The position numbers were made by a program, and so were the translations under genes. This document shows positions 1-9,035 of a stretch of DNA of 64,000 nt, in pieces. The notes below the pieces were generated by a model, which saw only the letters and a program-made list of their open reading frames with translations, did no database searches and was not told where the DNA came from. Source of the DNA: Spirochaetia bacterium (GTDB lineage Bacteria > Spirochaetota > Spirochaetia > UBA9216); the NCBI GenBank assembly GCA_963677925.2, contig CAXXYH010000003.1:640001-704000 (forward strand). The letters run 5' to 3'. How positions within the stretch are numbered: position 1 is the first letter of the stretch; every line of letters starts with the position of its first letter.

Positions 1-266
1 ACACCTATACCGCGAAGGCCGAAAAACATAAGTGTCGATATGATTATTCCAAGTATTTCATTTGAGAGAGCTATCTTGTACTCGGGATCTGAAAGCAGAT
101 AATAAAGAGGGGCTATTCTTCGAACAATCATAAGGACAAGACCTGCTGAAATGAGAAGCCAGAATACTCTGTAATCGGTTAGCCTGATAAAACGGATTGC
201 AAGGACTACAGCAGCAAACTGGATGATTATTGACAATATCAGTGCGATAAATGCCGCTAAATTCAA
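1..266 (-). CDS. 5' part of a membrane protein, probably the N-terminal sensor region of a signalling protein; runs off the window edge
   Basis: Not in the ORF track. TTG at 266 preceded by GGAGAG; open frame MNLAAFIALILSIIIQFAAVVLAIRFIRLTDYRVFWLLISAGLVLMIVRRIAPL... with three hydrophobic segments and no stop before base 1. Confidence 0.7.
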   Translation of the reverse strand, partial: MNLAAFIALILSIIIQFAAVVLAIRFIRLTDYRVFWLLISAGLVLMIVRRIAPLYYLLSDPEYKIALSNEILGIIISTLMFFGLRGIG

Positions 267-323
267 TTTATCTGCTCTCCCGTCTAATTATCGAAATAAA
301 ATACCATAAAATTTACTAATAAC

Positions 324-351
324 TTGAAATAGATATTTTGTTACCTATACT
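324..351 (+). promoter_or_regulatory. Putative sigma70 promoter for the 384..605 gene
   Basis: TTGAAA (324-329), 16 nt, TATACT (346-351); GGAGG RBS before ATG 384. Confidence 0.5.
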
Positions 352-383
352 TAAATCAGTAATAAAACTATTGGAGGAAAAAT

Positions 384-605
384 ATGGCCGATTGTGAATG
401 CCTTCCAGGATGTCCGTTTTTCAATGACAAAATGGGAGATATGCCTTCTACAGCAAATCTGATGAAGAAAACCTACTGTCAGGGGAACTGGTCAACCTGT
501 GCACGTCATATTGTATTTGAAAAATTGGGAAGAGATGCGGTTCCTAATACCCTGTATCCGAACATGAAAGATAAGGCTATGGAGATTCTGACGAAATCAG
601 CCTGA
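384..605 (+). CDS. Small Cys-rich hypothetical protein, possibly metal-binding
   Basis: 73 aa with strong RBS; motifs CxCxxxCPFF, YC-x6-CAR and PxxLYPN. Confidence 0.75.
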   Translation: MADCECLPGCPFFNDKMGDMPSTANLMKKTYCQGNWSTCARHIVFEKLGRDAVPNTLYPNMKDKAMEILTKSA

Positions 606-660
606 TGCTTTAGCGCTCAATTTAAGCTCTCAGCTTAAGCATCAAACTCAAACCTGAAGT

Positions 661-1965
661 TTACAGCTCCCGCTTATCAATAACACGTCTGATCTTGCCG
701 CCGGAAGACCGCCCAAGGCTTCCCGGTTCGGTCAGCGTTATACGGGCATGCATTCCAGCCGACACCCGCAATTCCTCTCTTACACGCTCCTTGAAGCTCT
801 CTATATGTTTGACCTCATCAAGTGAAGGAAAATCAGGACTTACTTCAATCTTCAGTTCGATACTGTCTTTTCCCTCATCCCGATCAAGCACTATCTGAAA
901 ATGCGGCTCAACACCCTCTATGTCTATAAGTATGGCTTCTATTTGTGATGGAAACAGGTTATTACCTTCAACAATGATCATATCATCAATTCTGCCGCCG
1001 ATACGTTCAATTCTTGCTGTAGTTCTTCCGCAGGAGCATGCTTCCCGGTTGATTTTTGAAATGTCTCCGGTGCGATATCTGATAAGCGGAAAGGCCTGTT
1101 TGGTAAGTGTGGTAAAAACCAGTTCCCCCTTCTCTCCGTCGGGAAGAACTTCCAGTGTTTCGGGATCAATAATTTCAGCTATAAAATGATCCTCATTCAC
1201 GTGCATTCCGCAATACTCTTCACATTCAAATGCAACGCCGGGACCGATAATTTCACTGAGCCCGTAATTATCAAAAGTTTTAATCTTAAGCCGGGCCTCA
1301 ATCTCATCACGAAGTTTTTCACTCCAGGGCTCAGAGCCGAGTATTGCAGTCGAAAGGTTGAGTTCCTGGGAGTTTATTCCCCTTCTTTCGAGCTCTGACA
1401 GAAGATGCAGTGCATACCCTGGTGTTGAAACAAGGATCGATGAGCGGTAGTCCTTCATTATCTTAATCTGCCGTAGAATCTCTTCCCCTGAAGCGGGTAT
1501 TACTGAAGCGCCTAGTTTCTCTGCACCATAATGAAAGCCAAGGCCTCCGGTTGACTGCGAATAATCGAAGGCTATCTGTACAAGATCTGTTCCGCTCACA
1601 CCTGCAGCAGTCAGTACACGGGCAACAAGAGCTGACCAGATTGCAATATCGTTTCTTGTATACCCGACAACAACAGGAACACCCTTTGTACCGGAGGTAG
1701 AATGTATCCTGACAATATCACGCAGAGGAACAGCAAAGGCTTCATAGGGATAGCTTTTTGTAAGATCCGCCCGGGTGGTGAACGGAAGCTTCTGAAAATC
1801 ATTCATTGATTTTACTGATGTCGGATCGATGCCGGAGGAATCAAACTGATTTTTATAGAAGGAAACGTTTCTATAAACATGGTTCAGTGCAATTTGAAGA
1901 CGTTCAAGCTGAAGTTCAAGGAGGTCCTCCCTGTGCATGGATTCATATTCTCGTGAGTAAATCAT
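661..1965 (-). CDS. paaK: Phenylacetate-CoA ligase family (aryl-CoA ligase)
   Basis: HSTSGTKG AMP-binding loop, YGLSEIIGPGV, RYRTGD, GRIDDMIIV. Start moved to ATG 1965 (GAGGAGG RBS, right after the livF stop). Confidence 0.85.
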   Translation of the reverse strand: MIYSREYESMHREDLLELQLERLQIALNHVYRNVSFYKNQFDSSGIDPTSVKSMNDFQKLPFTTRADLTKSYPYEAFAVPLRDIVRIHSTSGTKGVPVVVGYTRNDIAIWSALVARVLTAAGVSGTDLVQIAFDYSQSTGGLGFHYGAEKLGASVIPASGEEILRQIKIMKDYRSSILVSTPGYALHLLSELERRGINSQELNLSTAILGSEPWSEKLRDEIEARLKIKTFDNYGLSEIIGPGVAFECEEYCGMHVNEDHFIAEIIDPETLEVLPDGEKGELVFTTLTKQAFPLIRYRTGDISKINREACSCGRTTARIERIGGRIDDMIIVEGNNLFPSQIEAILIDIEGVEPHFQIVLDRDEGKDSIELKIEVSPDFPSLDEVKHIESFKERVREELRVSAGMHARITLTEPGSLGRSSGGKIRRVIDKREL

Positions 1966-1966
1966 T

Positions 1967-2710
1967 TCATTCCTCCTCATCAGTAAATGAACGGTAATCC
2001 TTTCCCAGATAAGCCCGCTTCACCTCATTGTTATCAAGCAGTTCTGAAGCTGTTCCTTCAAGCATAAGCATTCCGGTTTCCATCACATATCCCCGGTCCG
2101 CAATCTCGAGAACCGCTCTGGCATTCTGCTCTACTATTAAAATGGTTTTACCCTGCTCTCTAAGGTTTTCTACAACTTTGAAAATATCCTTTACGATAAG
2201 CGGTGCAAGCCCCATGGAGGGTTCATCCATAAGCAGAAGTTCAGGCTCGGACATCAAGGCACGTCCAATGGCAACCATCTGCTGTTCGCCGCCCGACAGG
2301 GTCCCGGCAAGCTGACCTGCGCGTTTCTCAAGAACAGGAAAGAGTTCGTAAATTTCCTTAAGCGTGTTCATTACCCTGTCCTTCTTACCGCTTCTGATGA
2401 GAGTGTACCCGCCGAGTATAAGGTTTTCATATACTGTCATTGCCGGATAAAGCTGGCGGCCTTCAGGTACCAGAGCGCATCCTCCTTTCACAACGACGTG
2501 AGGTTCAGCCTTCGTAACATCGGCACCTGCAAGTTTTATTTCACCTGAAAATGGTCTAATCAGTGCCGAAACAGTGTTCAGGAGAGTTGATTTGCCTGCG
2601 CCGTTTGCACCGATGATAGTGACTATCTCACCGCTGTTAACATGAAGGCTGATGCCCTTGAGAACTTTAAGCTTACCGTAGCCTGCTTCAAGATTTTTAA
2701 TTTTAAGCAT
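1967..2710 (-). CDS. livF: Branched-chain-type ABC transporter ATPase (LivF-like)
   Basis: GANGAGKST Walker A, LSGGEQQM signature, LLMDEPSMGLAP, VEQNA. Confidence 0.9.
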   Translation of the reverse strand: MLKIKNLEAGYGKLKVLKGISLHVNSGEIVTIIGANGAGKSTLLNTVSALIRPFSGEIKLAGADVTKAEPHVVVKGGCALVPEGRQLYPAMTVYENLILGGYTLIRSGKKDRVMNTLKEIYELFPVLEKRAGQLAGTLSGGEQQMVAIGRALMSEPELLLMDEPSMGLAPLIVKDIFKVVENLREQGKTILIVEQNARAVLEIADRGYVMETGMLMLEGTASELLDNNEVKRAYLGKDYRSFTDEEE

Positions 2711-3479
2711 AGTCACCGCCCAGATATATCCTGATCACATCCTCGTTCTGCTGAATTTCAGAAGGCCTGCCCTCAGCTATTTTCTGACCGAAGTTCAGAA
2801 CTACTATCTCATCAGAGATATCCATTACCAGGCTCATGTCATGCTCAACAATCAGAATTGTTCTGCCCTGCACTCTTAAGTCCTGAAGCTGCCCGGCAAG
2901 CTCTTCTGTTTCATGCATATTCAATCCGGCGGCAGGTTCATCAAGCAGAAGTACTGCCGGATCCGGAGCGAGCGCCCTTGCTAGCTCGACAGCCCTCTGA
3001 TTTCCGAATGAGAGGCTTCCGGTTTCCTCATCTTTAAATTTATCTATGCCCAGCCATTCAAGCAGAGGCATTACCGCATCGACAGCGTCTTTCTCTTCTT
3101 TACGTGAAGCTTTTGCAGAAAGCATTCCTGACAGAAATCCCGCCTTTGTTCTTGTATGATATCCAAGCAGAACATTATCCAGGACACTTAGATTGCTGCT
3201 GAGTTTTAAATTCTGAAATGTCCTTAGTATACCTTCGGATGCAATATCATGGGGCTTTTTACCTGTTACATTCTTTCCCCGGAAGAGTACTTCACCATTA
3301 TCCGGTGATATATATCCTGCAAGCATGTTGAACAGAGTTGTTTTCCCTGCCCCGTTGGGGCCAATAACAGCCTTGATTGTGGACTGCTCAACATTGAAAC
3401 TTACTTCATCAACAGCATGAAGACCGCCGAAACTTTTATCTATTCCGTTAACAGAGAGGAAATGAGTATTTTCAGCCAT
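2703..3479 (-). CDS. livG: Branched-chain-type ABC transporter ATPase (LivG-like)
   Basis: GPNGAGKTT, RTFQN, LLLDEPAAGLN, VEHDM, C-terminal YLG. Confidence 0.9.
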   Translation of the reverse strand: MAENTHFLSVNGIDKSFGGLHAVDEVSFNVEQSTIKAVIGPNGAGKTTLFNMLAGYISPDNGEVLFRGKNVTGKKPHDIASEGILRTFQNLKLSSNLSVLDNVLLGYHTRTKAGFLSGMLSAKASRKEEKDAVDAVMPLLEWLGIDKFKDEETGSLSFGNQRAVELARALAPDPAVLLLDEPAAGLNMHETEELAGQLQDLRVQGRTILIVEHDMSLVMDISDEIVVLNFGQKIAEGRPSEIQQNEDVIRIYLGGDYA

Positions 3480-4500
3480 TCTTTTTCCTCCTGCGTATTA
3501 TCCCTTTTGGCATGAACATCATCATCAGTACAAGTACTACTCCGAAAACTGCATCATCAAAATGTCCGAAAACACCGCGCAGCGAGAGGAAGTTCAGAAC
3601 CAGGCCCATTACCAGTGTTCCCCAGATATTCGCCATTCCGCCCACCGCGACTATAGCCACGTAACGGACCGACTTGGCAACAGATGCTTCCGAAGGGCCT
3701 ATACCGCCGTTGTAATGCGTCAGGAAAAAACCCGCAGCGGCGGCAAATACGGCACCTATAACAAAGACTCTCACCTTATATTTGGCAGTATCAACACCCA
3801 TGGCTTCAGCAGCTTCTTCACCGCTGTGAAGCGATCTCAGTGCACGGCCTGTACGTGAGTTTATGAGGTTAACAAGCAGCAGTACCGCAATAAGCACAAT
3901 AGCCCAGGCTATATAGTAATTTGATATGCGGCTCTGAAAATCTCCGCTGACAGAAAGCCCCGGAATAATTTTAAACGGCGGCACATTGGTAATCCCATCC
4001 GCTTCGCCGAAGGCCTTGGTTCCAAGAACTATCCGGTAGATTATTATTCCAAATCCCATTGTTGCCATTGCCAGATAGTGACCTTTGAGCTTTAATACCG
4101 GTACACCGATTGCAAAAGCTGCGGCTGCAGAGAGCAGCAATGCGGCAATCAAAGATACCCAGGGAGTGATGTGGACAATCGTATCTCCGTACAGTGATTC
4201 TCTTGAAACAAGGATTCCTACTTTAAGTAGAGTTTCAGCTGCGGCGCTCTCTGCAACTGCTGAAAAATCTATTGTGGTTAAAAAGGCAGTAAGGTATCCG
4301 CCTATAGCAAAAAACCCGGCCTGCCCCAGTGAGATCTGGCCTGCATATCCCATAACCATGCATAGGCCGAGGGCTGTAAGAACATAGTAGGCAGACATTG
4401 TCAGCTGAGTCAGAAGGTAGGCCGTCCCGGTTATTGCCGTAAGAATCTGTATTATTACGGCGGCTCCGGCCAGTATGAAAACCGGCAGATATCTTTTCAT
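3472..4500 (-). CDS. livM: ABC transporter permease (LivM-like)
   Basis: GYAGQISLGQAGFFAIGGY, LKGHYLAMATMGF, GRALRSL...AAEAMGVD. Confidence 0.88.
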   Translation of the reverse strand: MKRYLPVFILAGAAVIIQILTAITGTAYLLTQLTMSAYYVLTALGLCMVMGYAGQISLGQAGFFAIGGYLTAFLTTIDFSAVAESAAAETLLKVGILVSRESLYGDTIVHITPWVSLIAALLLSAAAAFAIGVPVLKLKGHYLAMATMGFGIIIYRIVLGTKAFGEADGITNVPPFKIIPGLSVSGDFQSRISNYYIAWAIVLIAVLLLVNLINSRTGRALRSLHSGEEAAEAMGVDTAKYKVRVFVIGAVFAAAAGFFLTHYNGGIGPSEASVAKSVRYVAIVAVGGMANIWGTLVMGLVLNFLSLRGVFGHFDDAVFGVVLVLMMMFMPKGIIRRRKKNG

Positions 4501-5391
4501 TTAATAGTCCTTGAGTGAACCGGCAGCCCTTGAGCCGAAGAGCCCGCCGGGACGTACTACCAGAATAATAAGCAGAATAATTATTGAAACAACATCCTTA
4601 TATGCCATGGGCATTAGACTGATGCAGAAACTTTCTATTATGCCGAGAAGCAGACCGGCGGCTACTGCGGCAATCGGATTACCCAGCCCGCCGAGTATTG
4701 CAACAGTAAACCCCTTTACTGCCAGATCACTGCCCATTGCGTAGTGAGTCTGGGTCAGCGGAGAGACCACACATCCGCCGAGAGCACCGATTCCGGCGGA
4801 GACCATAAATGACAGATTTATCATCCTTGAGGTTCTGATGCCGCAGAGATTAGCAGCCCTGGCATTCTCGGAGCAGGCCCGTAATGCCTGACCTGTAAGT
4901 GTGTACTTCAAAAAAAGATACAGCCCTGTAACAACAACAGCTGTAATTCCAAGAACCCACAGAACCTGCGGAGAAATACGCGCGCCAAAAATGCTGACAG
5001 ATGAAATTTCATTTCCTGTAAAGAACCTTAAAGCTCTTATCTTTTCATCCCATATATAAAGAGCGGCCTCCCTGATAAGTATGGAAATTCCAATGGTTAT
5101 TACAATCATTCCAAGTACCGAGGATTCCTTCATCCTTCTGATAAAGACATTCTCGATAAGCCCGCCGATAAGCGAAGTAATAAGGATTGCCAGAGCTATT
5201 GCTGCAGGCAGAGGCATTACCGCTGAGAAGCTGAAAGCAATCATCCCCCCGAGCATAACAAACTCACCCTGGGCAAAGTTTATGATTCCGGTGGCGTTAT
5301 AAATAATGTTGTAACCTATAGCGACCAGTGCATAGATGCTGCCTACGGTTATTCCTGAAAATATGTATTGAAGTATCTGCTGTAATGACAT
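4501..5391 (-). CDS. livH: ABC transporter permease (LivH-like)
   Basis: GSIYALVAIGY, IINFAQGEF, GQALRACSEN, KGFTVAILGGLG. Confidence 0.9.
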   Translation of the reverse strand: MSLQQILQYIFSGITVGSIYALVAIGYNIIYNATGIINFAQGEFVMLGGMIAFSFSAVMPLPAAIALAILITSLIGGLIENVFIRRMKESSVLGMIVITIGISILIREAALYIWDEKIRALRFFTGNEISSVSIFGARISPQVLWVLGITAVVVTGLYLFLKYTLTGQALRACSENARAANLCGIRTSRMINLSFMVSAGIGALGGCVVSPLTQTHYAMGSDLAVKGFTVAILGGLGNPIAAVAAGLLLGIIESFCISLMPMAYKDVVSIIILLIILVVRPGGLFGSRAAGSLKDY

Positions 5392-5405
5392 TGCTTACCC
5401 GGTGG

Positions 5406-5433
5406 AAAAATCAGGGGAGCCATAGACTCCCCT
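5406..5433 (-). terminator. Hairpin after the substrate-binding protein gene (partial terminator or mRNA stabiliser)
   Basis: AGGGGAG-N7-CTCCCCT (5413-5433) followed on the minus strand by GATTTTT. Confidence 0.65.
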
Positions 5434-5441
5434 CTTTCAAT

Positions 5442-6593
5442 TTATGGATTTAAAAGATCAAACTGACCGTTTCTGACAGTGAGCATTTCCAGTGAATCTA
5501 TATCCAGGCCGTTGTGATCGGCAGCAGTCATTTTAAAGATTCCGCCTGTACCTGCAAAACCGTTGATTTTTTCAATTGCAGCCCGCAGTCCGTCACGGTC
5601 AGTTGCGCCGGAGGCTTTAAGCGCTTCGATAATCAGCATAATGGAATCATACGCATGTCCTCCGAAGGTACTTACATCTTCATTGTATTTGCTTTCATAT
5701 GCAGACTTGTAGGCAACAAGGTTTGCCTTCTGCGGATGACCTTCGGGAAGCTTTTCAGCAACAAGAAGTCTTCCTGCCGGAAATATGATGCCTTCTGCAG
5801 CTGCACCGGCAGCCTCAACATATTTTATATTTCCGAATCCGTGACTCTGAAAGAGAGGCATATCCATTCCAAGCTGCTTCATGTTCTTGGGTACAATTGA
5901 CTGGGCAGGCACGATGGACCAGTTTACAACAGCTTCTATATTCTGAGACTTCAGCTTTGTAAGAACAGCTGTAAGATCTGTGGCCGCACTATCGTATGTT
6001 TCTGATGCGGCAATATCAATCCCGTATTCAGGAGCATATTTTTCAAGCTGTGCCAGACCTGCGTTTCCGAACCCGGTGTTTGCACCAACAATACCGATTC
6101 TGCTTATCCCCATATCGTTCATAGTAGAGAATATCCATTCGGCTACGTAATTATCCTTCTGCGGTGTTTTAAACACATAGCTTGCAACAGGTTCAACAAT
6201 TGCTTCTGCTGCTGAACAGGAAAGCAGCGGAGTCTGGTATGACTGACAGAGATCCTTTATCTGCATAGTCTCACCGCTGGTTGATGGACCGATTATTGCG
6301 ATAACCCGGTCTTCTTCAATCAGCTGCTTTGCAAAGGAAATAGCCTTTTCAGGATTTCCTGCTGAATCCTTGATTATGAGCTCTATCATCTTTCCGTTAA
6401 TGCCTCCGGCTGCATTAACTTCCTCTGTGATCATCTCTGCAGTCTTAGCTTCCGGTGCGCCTAAAAATGAAGCACCTCCCGTGACTGCTAAAATAGCACC
6501 TATCTTTATTGTTCCTTCCTCTTTCTGACCTCCTGCAAAAAGTGAGGCCGTGCATAATCCTGCTATCAACAGGACAGCTGTTATTTTTCTCAT
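5442..6593 (-). CDS. ABC transporter substrate-binding protein (LivK/PBP1 type, probably aromatic-acid binding)
   Basis: IKIGAILAVTG, AGGINGK, IIGPSTSG. Start at ATG 6593 (GGAGGAG RBS); signal peptide ends SLFA-GGQKE. Confidence 0.88.
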   Translation of the reverse strand: MRKITAVLLIAGLCTASLFAGGQKEEGTIKIGAILAVTGGASFLGAPEAKTAEMITEEVNAAGGINGKMIELIIKDSAGNPEKAISFAKQLIEEDRVIAIIGPSTSGETMQIKDLCQSYQTPLLSCSAAEAIVEPVASYVFKTPQKDNYVAEWIFSTMNDMGISRIGIVGANTGFGNAGLAQLEKYAPEYGIDIAASETYDSAATDLTAVLTKLKSQNIEAVVNWSIVPAQSIVPKNMKQLGMDMPLFQSHGFGNIKYVEAAGAAAEGIIFPAGRLLVAEKLPEGHPQKANLVAYKSAYESKYNEDVSTFGGHAYDSIMLIIEALKASGATDRDGLRAAIEKINGFAGTGGIFKMTAADHNGLDIDSLEMLTVRNGQFDLLNP

Positions 6594-6624
6594 CTTCTCC
6601 TCCAGAATGACTGTACAGCACAAA

Positions 6625-6662
6625 ACTGACCCTATAGTCGGTTACTGACCGTACAGTCGGCT
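6625..6662. promoter_or_regulatory. Tandem pair of imperfect palindromic operators (TetR-like)
   Basis: ACTGACCCTATAGTCGGTT (6625-6643) and ACTGACCGTACAGTCGGCT (6644-6662), 16/19 identical, each ACTGAC-N6-GTCGG. Confidence 0.65.
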
Positions 6663-6666
6663 ACTT

Positions 6667-6695
6667 ACATTACAATACGCAATTGAATATTGCAA
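6667..6695 (-). promoter_or_regulatory. Putative sigma70 promoter of the liv-paaK operon
   Basis: Minus strand TTGCAA (6695-6690), 17 nt, TAATGT (6672-6667), directly upstream of the tandem operator. Confidence 0.55.
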
Positions 6696-6749
6696 GAAAT
6701 ATTTTACTTTGGCACTTCAATTGAAATATATTTATAAGAGGGGACAATT

Positions 6750-7580
6750 ATGAAAGTAAGATTGGGAACATGTTCATGGAATTACCCTTCATGGTCGGGC
6801 ATTGTGTACAGCAGCAGGATGAGCAGGGCTGCAGACTACCTTCCTGAGTATTCAAAGCATTATAATACAGTTGAAATTGACAGCTGGTTTTATAAAATTC
6901 CCGATCCTTCAGAGGCAGAAGATTACGCTTCAAAAGTCGGTGAAGATTTTCAATTCACATGCAAGATTACCAACAGGCTTACCCTCACACACCTGAGGGG
7001 AACAAAGAACCGCCCGCCGGAAGAAAACCCCGAGTTTCTGTCACCTGAACTATTTATTGATTTCCTGAACAGCAGCGGACCTCTTCACTGTAAACTTGGA
7101 TGCATCATGTTTGAGTTTGAATACCTCAATAAACAGAAGATGAGTTCTTCCGGCATGTTTATTAAGAAAGCGGAAGCCTTTATCCGGCAGATTCCCAGGA
7201 ACATACCTGTAGCCTTCGAAATAAGAAACCCTAACTACCTTTCAAGCGAATATTTCAGCTTCCTGCGTGAATATAATATCGGGCATGTCTTTTCTGAGAA
7301 GATATACATGCCTCCTGTTACGGAGGTCTACAAAAGGTTCGGAAGCATTCTTACCCCTCATACAGTCATAAGGCTTCTGGGCGGTGAACGGCGGGACATC
7401 GAGCTGCTGACAAATAATACCTGGGACAGGATTGTCCAGCCCAAGGAAGAGCTTATAAACATTATACAGATGACGCAGGACCTCTACTCGGGAGGAAAGA
7501 AGATAACTATAAACGTGAATAATCACTATGAGGGCTGTGCACCGCTCACAATAAAAAAAATACAGGCGATGCTTAACTGA
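6750..7580 (+). CDS. DUF72 family protein
   Basis: RLGTCSWNYPSW, YSKHYNTVEIDSWFY, AFEIRN, NNHYEGCAP. Confidence 0.85.
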   Translation: MKVRLGTCSWNYPSWSGIVYSSRMSRAADYLPEYSKHYNTVEIDSWFYKIPDPSEAEDYASKVGEDFQFTCKITNRLTLTHLRGTKNRPPEENPEFLSPELFIDFLNSSGPLHCKLGCIMFEFEYLNKQKMSSSGMFIKKAEAFIRQIPRNIPVAFEIRNPNYLSSEYFSFLREYNIGHVFSEKIYMPPVTEVYKRFGSILTPHTVIRLLGGERRDIELLTNNTWDRIVQPKEELINIIQMTQDLYSGGKKITINVNNHYEGCAPLTIKKIQAMLN

Positions 7581-7640
7581 ATACCAATAACAGCTGAATA
7601 TTCGCCGTCTGAACCTGTAGATGATGATAGGGAGATTAAT

Positions 7641-9035
7641 ATGAAAAAAGCCTTACTGATAATTTTATCTGCAGCTCTGCTGCTCTCATGTTCCGCAAAA
7701 AAAGATCAGACTGCAGTGCCTTTGGATGCTGATAAAATAGCAGGTGAATGGTCCGGGACAATGAAGGCTGGAGGACAGGATCTTGAGCTTGCCTTTCACA
7801 TCAAAAATGACAGCGGCGATCTTACTGCAGTAATGGATAGTATAACCCAGGGTGTAAACGGCATAATAGCAGAGGATGTCGCTATCAATCAGACTGAATT
7901 GAAAATAAACTTTAAATCAATAAACGCAGTTTATACTGCATCACTAAGCGGAACCGATACCCTTGAAGGCTCATGGAAGCAGGGCCCCGGAAAGTACGAT
8001 CTTACATTACAGCGGAGAAGATCTGCTCTTACCGCACCCATGAGACCCCAGGATCCGTCTGAGCCCTATCCATACAAATCTGAGGATGTTACCTTCCGGA
8101 ACCTGAAACAGGATGCAGTGCTTGCAGGTACCCTGACCTATCCTGATTCGGGAAAGGCTGATTATGCTATTATTCTTATATCAGGCTCAGGCAGTCAGGA
8201 CCGTAACGAGGAGCTTATGAACCACCGGCCCTTCCTTGTGATTTCCGACTATCTGACCAGAGAAGGAATTGCGGTGCTGCGGTATGATGATCGTGGATTC
8301 GGGGAATCCACCGGTGATGCGGCTGATGCTACAAGTGCAGATTTGGCAACTGATGCAGATGCGGCGGTAAATTTCATGGCTCAGCAGGATTTTGTTCAGG
8401 TAGGAAAAATCGGCCTGGCCGGACACAGTGAAGGCGGACTCATTGCTCCGATTACGGCCAACAGCAATGAACTGGTTGACTTTGTCATACTGCTTGCCGG
8501 CCCCGGCGTACCGGGCGACAAGCTGTTGATGAGTCAGTCGGAGGCAATCATGAAGGCGGCCGGTGCCTCGGAAGCAGCAATTAAACAGACTTCAGAGATC
8601 AACAGGAAGGTTTACGACATTCTGCTGAATGAAACAGATGATGAAATAATTAAAAATCAGATTATTCCTCTGCTTCAGTCTGCGGGACTGTCAGAAGCTC
8701 AGGCAGAACAGCAGATGCAGCAGCTGACTTCACCATGGTTTAAATATTTTACCGCCTACAATCCTGAACAGGAATTAAGCAGACTGAGTATTCCGGTGCT
8801 GGCAGTTAACGGCTCACTCGATCTTCAGGTGCCGGCAGAGGAAAACCTGACAGCTATTAGAAAAATTCTTGAAAAATCCGAAAAATCTGATTTCACTATT
8901 AAAGAATTTGACGGCCTGAACCATCTTTTTCAGCCCGCAGTTAAGGGACTTCCCTCAGAGTACGGAAGCATTGAAAAGACAATTGCACCTGAAGTTCTTG
9001 AATATATCAGTTCATGGATAAAAACCGCTTTATAA
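7641..9035 (+). CDS. Alpha/beta-hydrolase lipoprotein (peptidase/esterase)
   Basis: Lipobox LLLSC, ISGSGSQDRNE, RYDDRG, nucleophile motif GHSEGG, DLQV, LNHLFQ. Confidence 0.85.
   Translation: MKKALLIILSAALLLSCSAKKDQTAVPLDADKIAGEWSGTMKAGGQDLELAFHIKNDSGDLTAVMDSITQGVNGIIAEDVAINQTELKINFKSINAVYTASLSGTDTLEGSWKQGPGKYDLTLQRRRSALTAPMRPQDPSEPYPYKSEDVTFRNLKQDAVLAGTLTYPDSGKADYAIILISGSGSQDRNEELMNHRPFLVISDYLTREGIAVLRYDDRGFGESTGDAADATSADLATDADAAVNFMAQQDFVQVGKIGLAGHSEGGLIAPITANSNELVDFVILLAGPGVPGDKLLMSQSEAIMKAAGASEAAIKQTSEINRKVYDILLNETDDEIIKNQIIPLLQSAGLSEAQAEQQMQQLTSPWFKYFTAYNPEQELSRLSIPVLAVNGSLDLQVPAEENLTAIRKILEKSEKSDFTIKEFDGLNHLFQPAVKGLPSEYGSIEKTIAPEVLEYISSWIKTAL

Noticed and set aside
605-643. Imperfect inverted repeat GATGCTT...AAGCATC between convergent genes
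   Set aside because: Long loop, mismatches and no U-tract; too weak to call a terminator.
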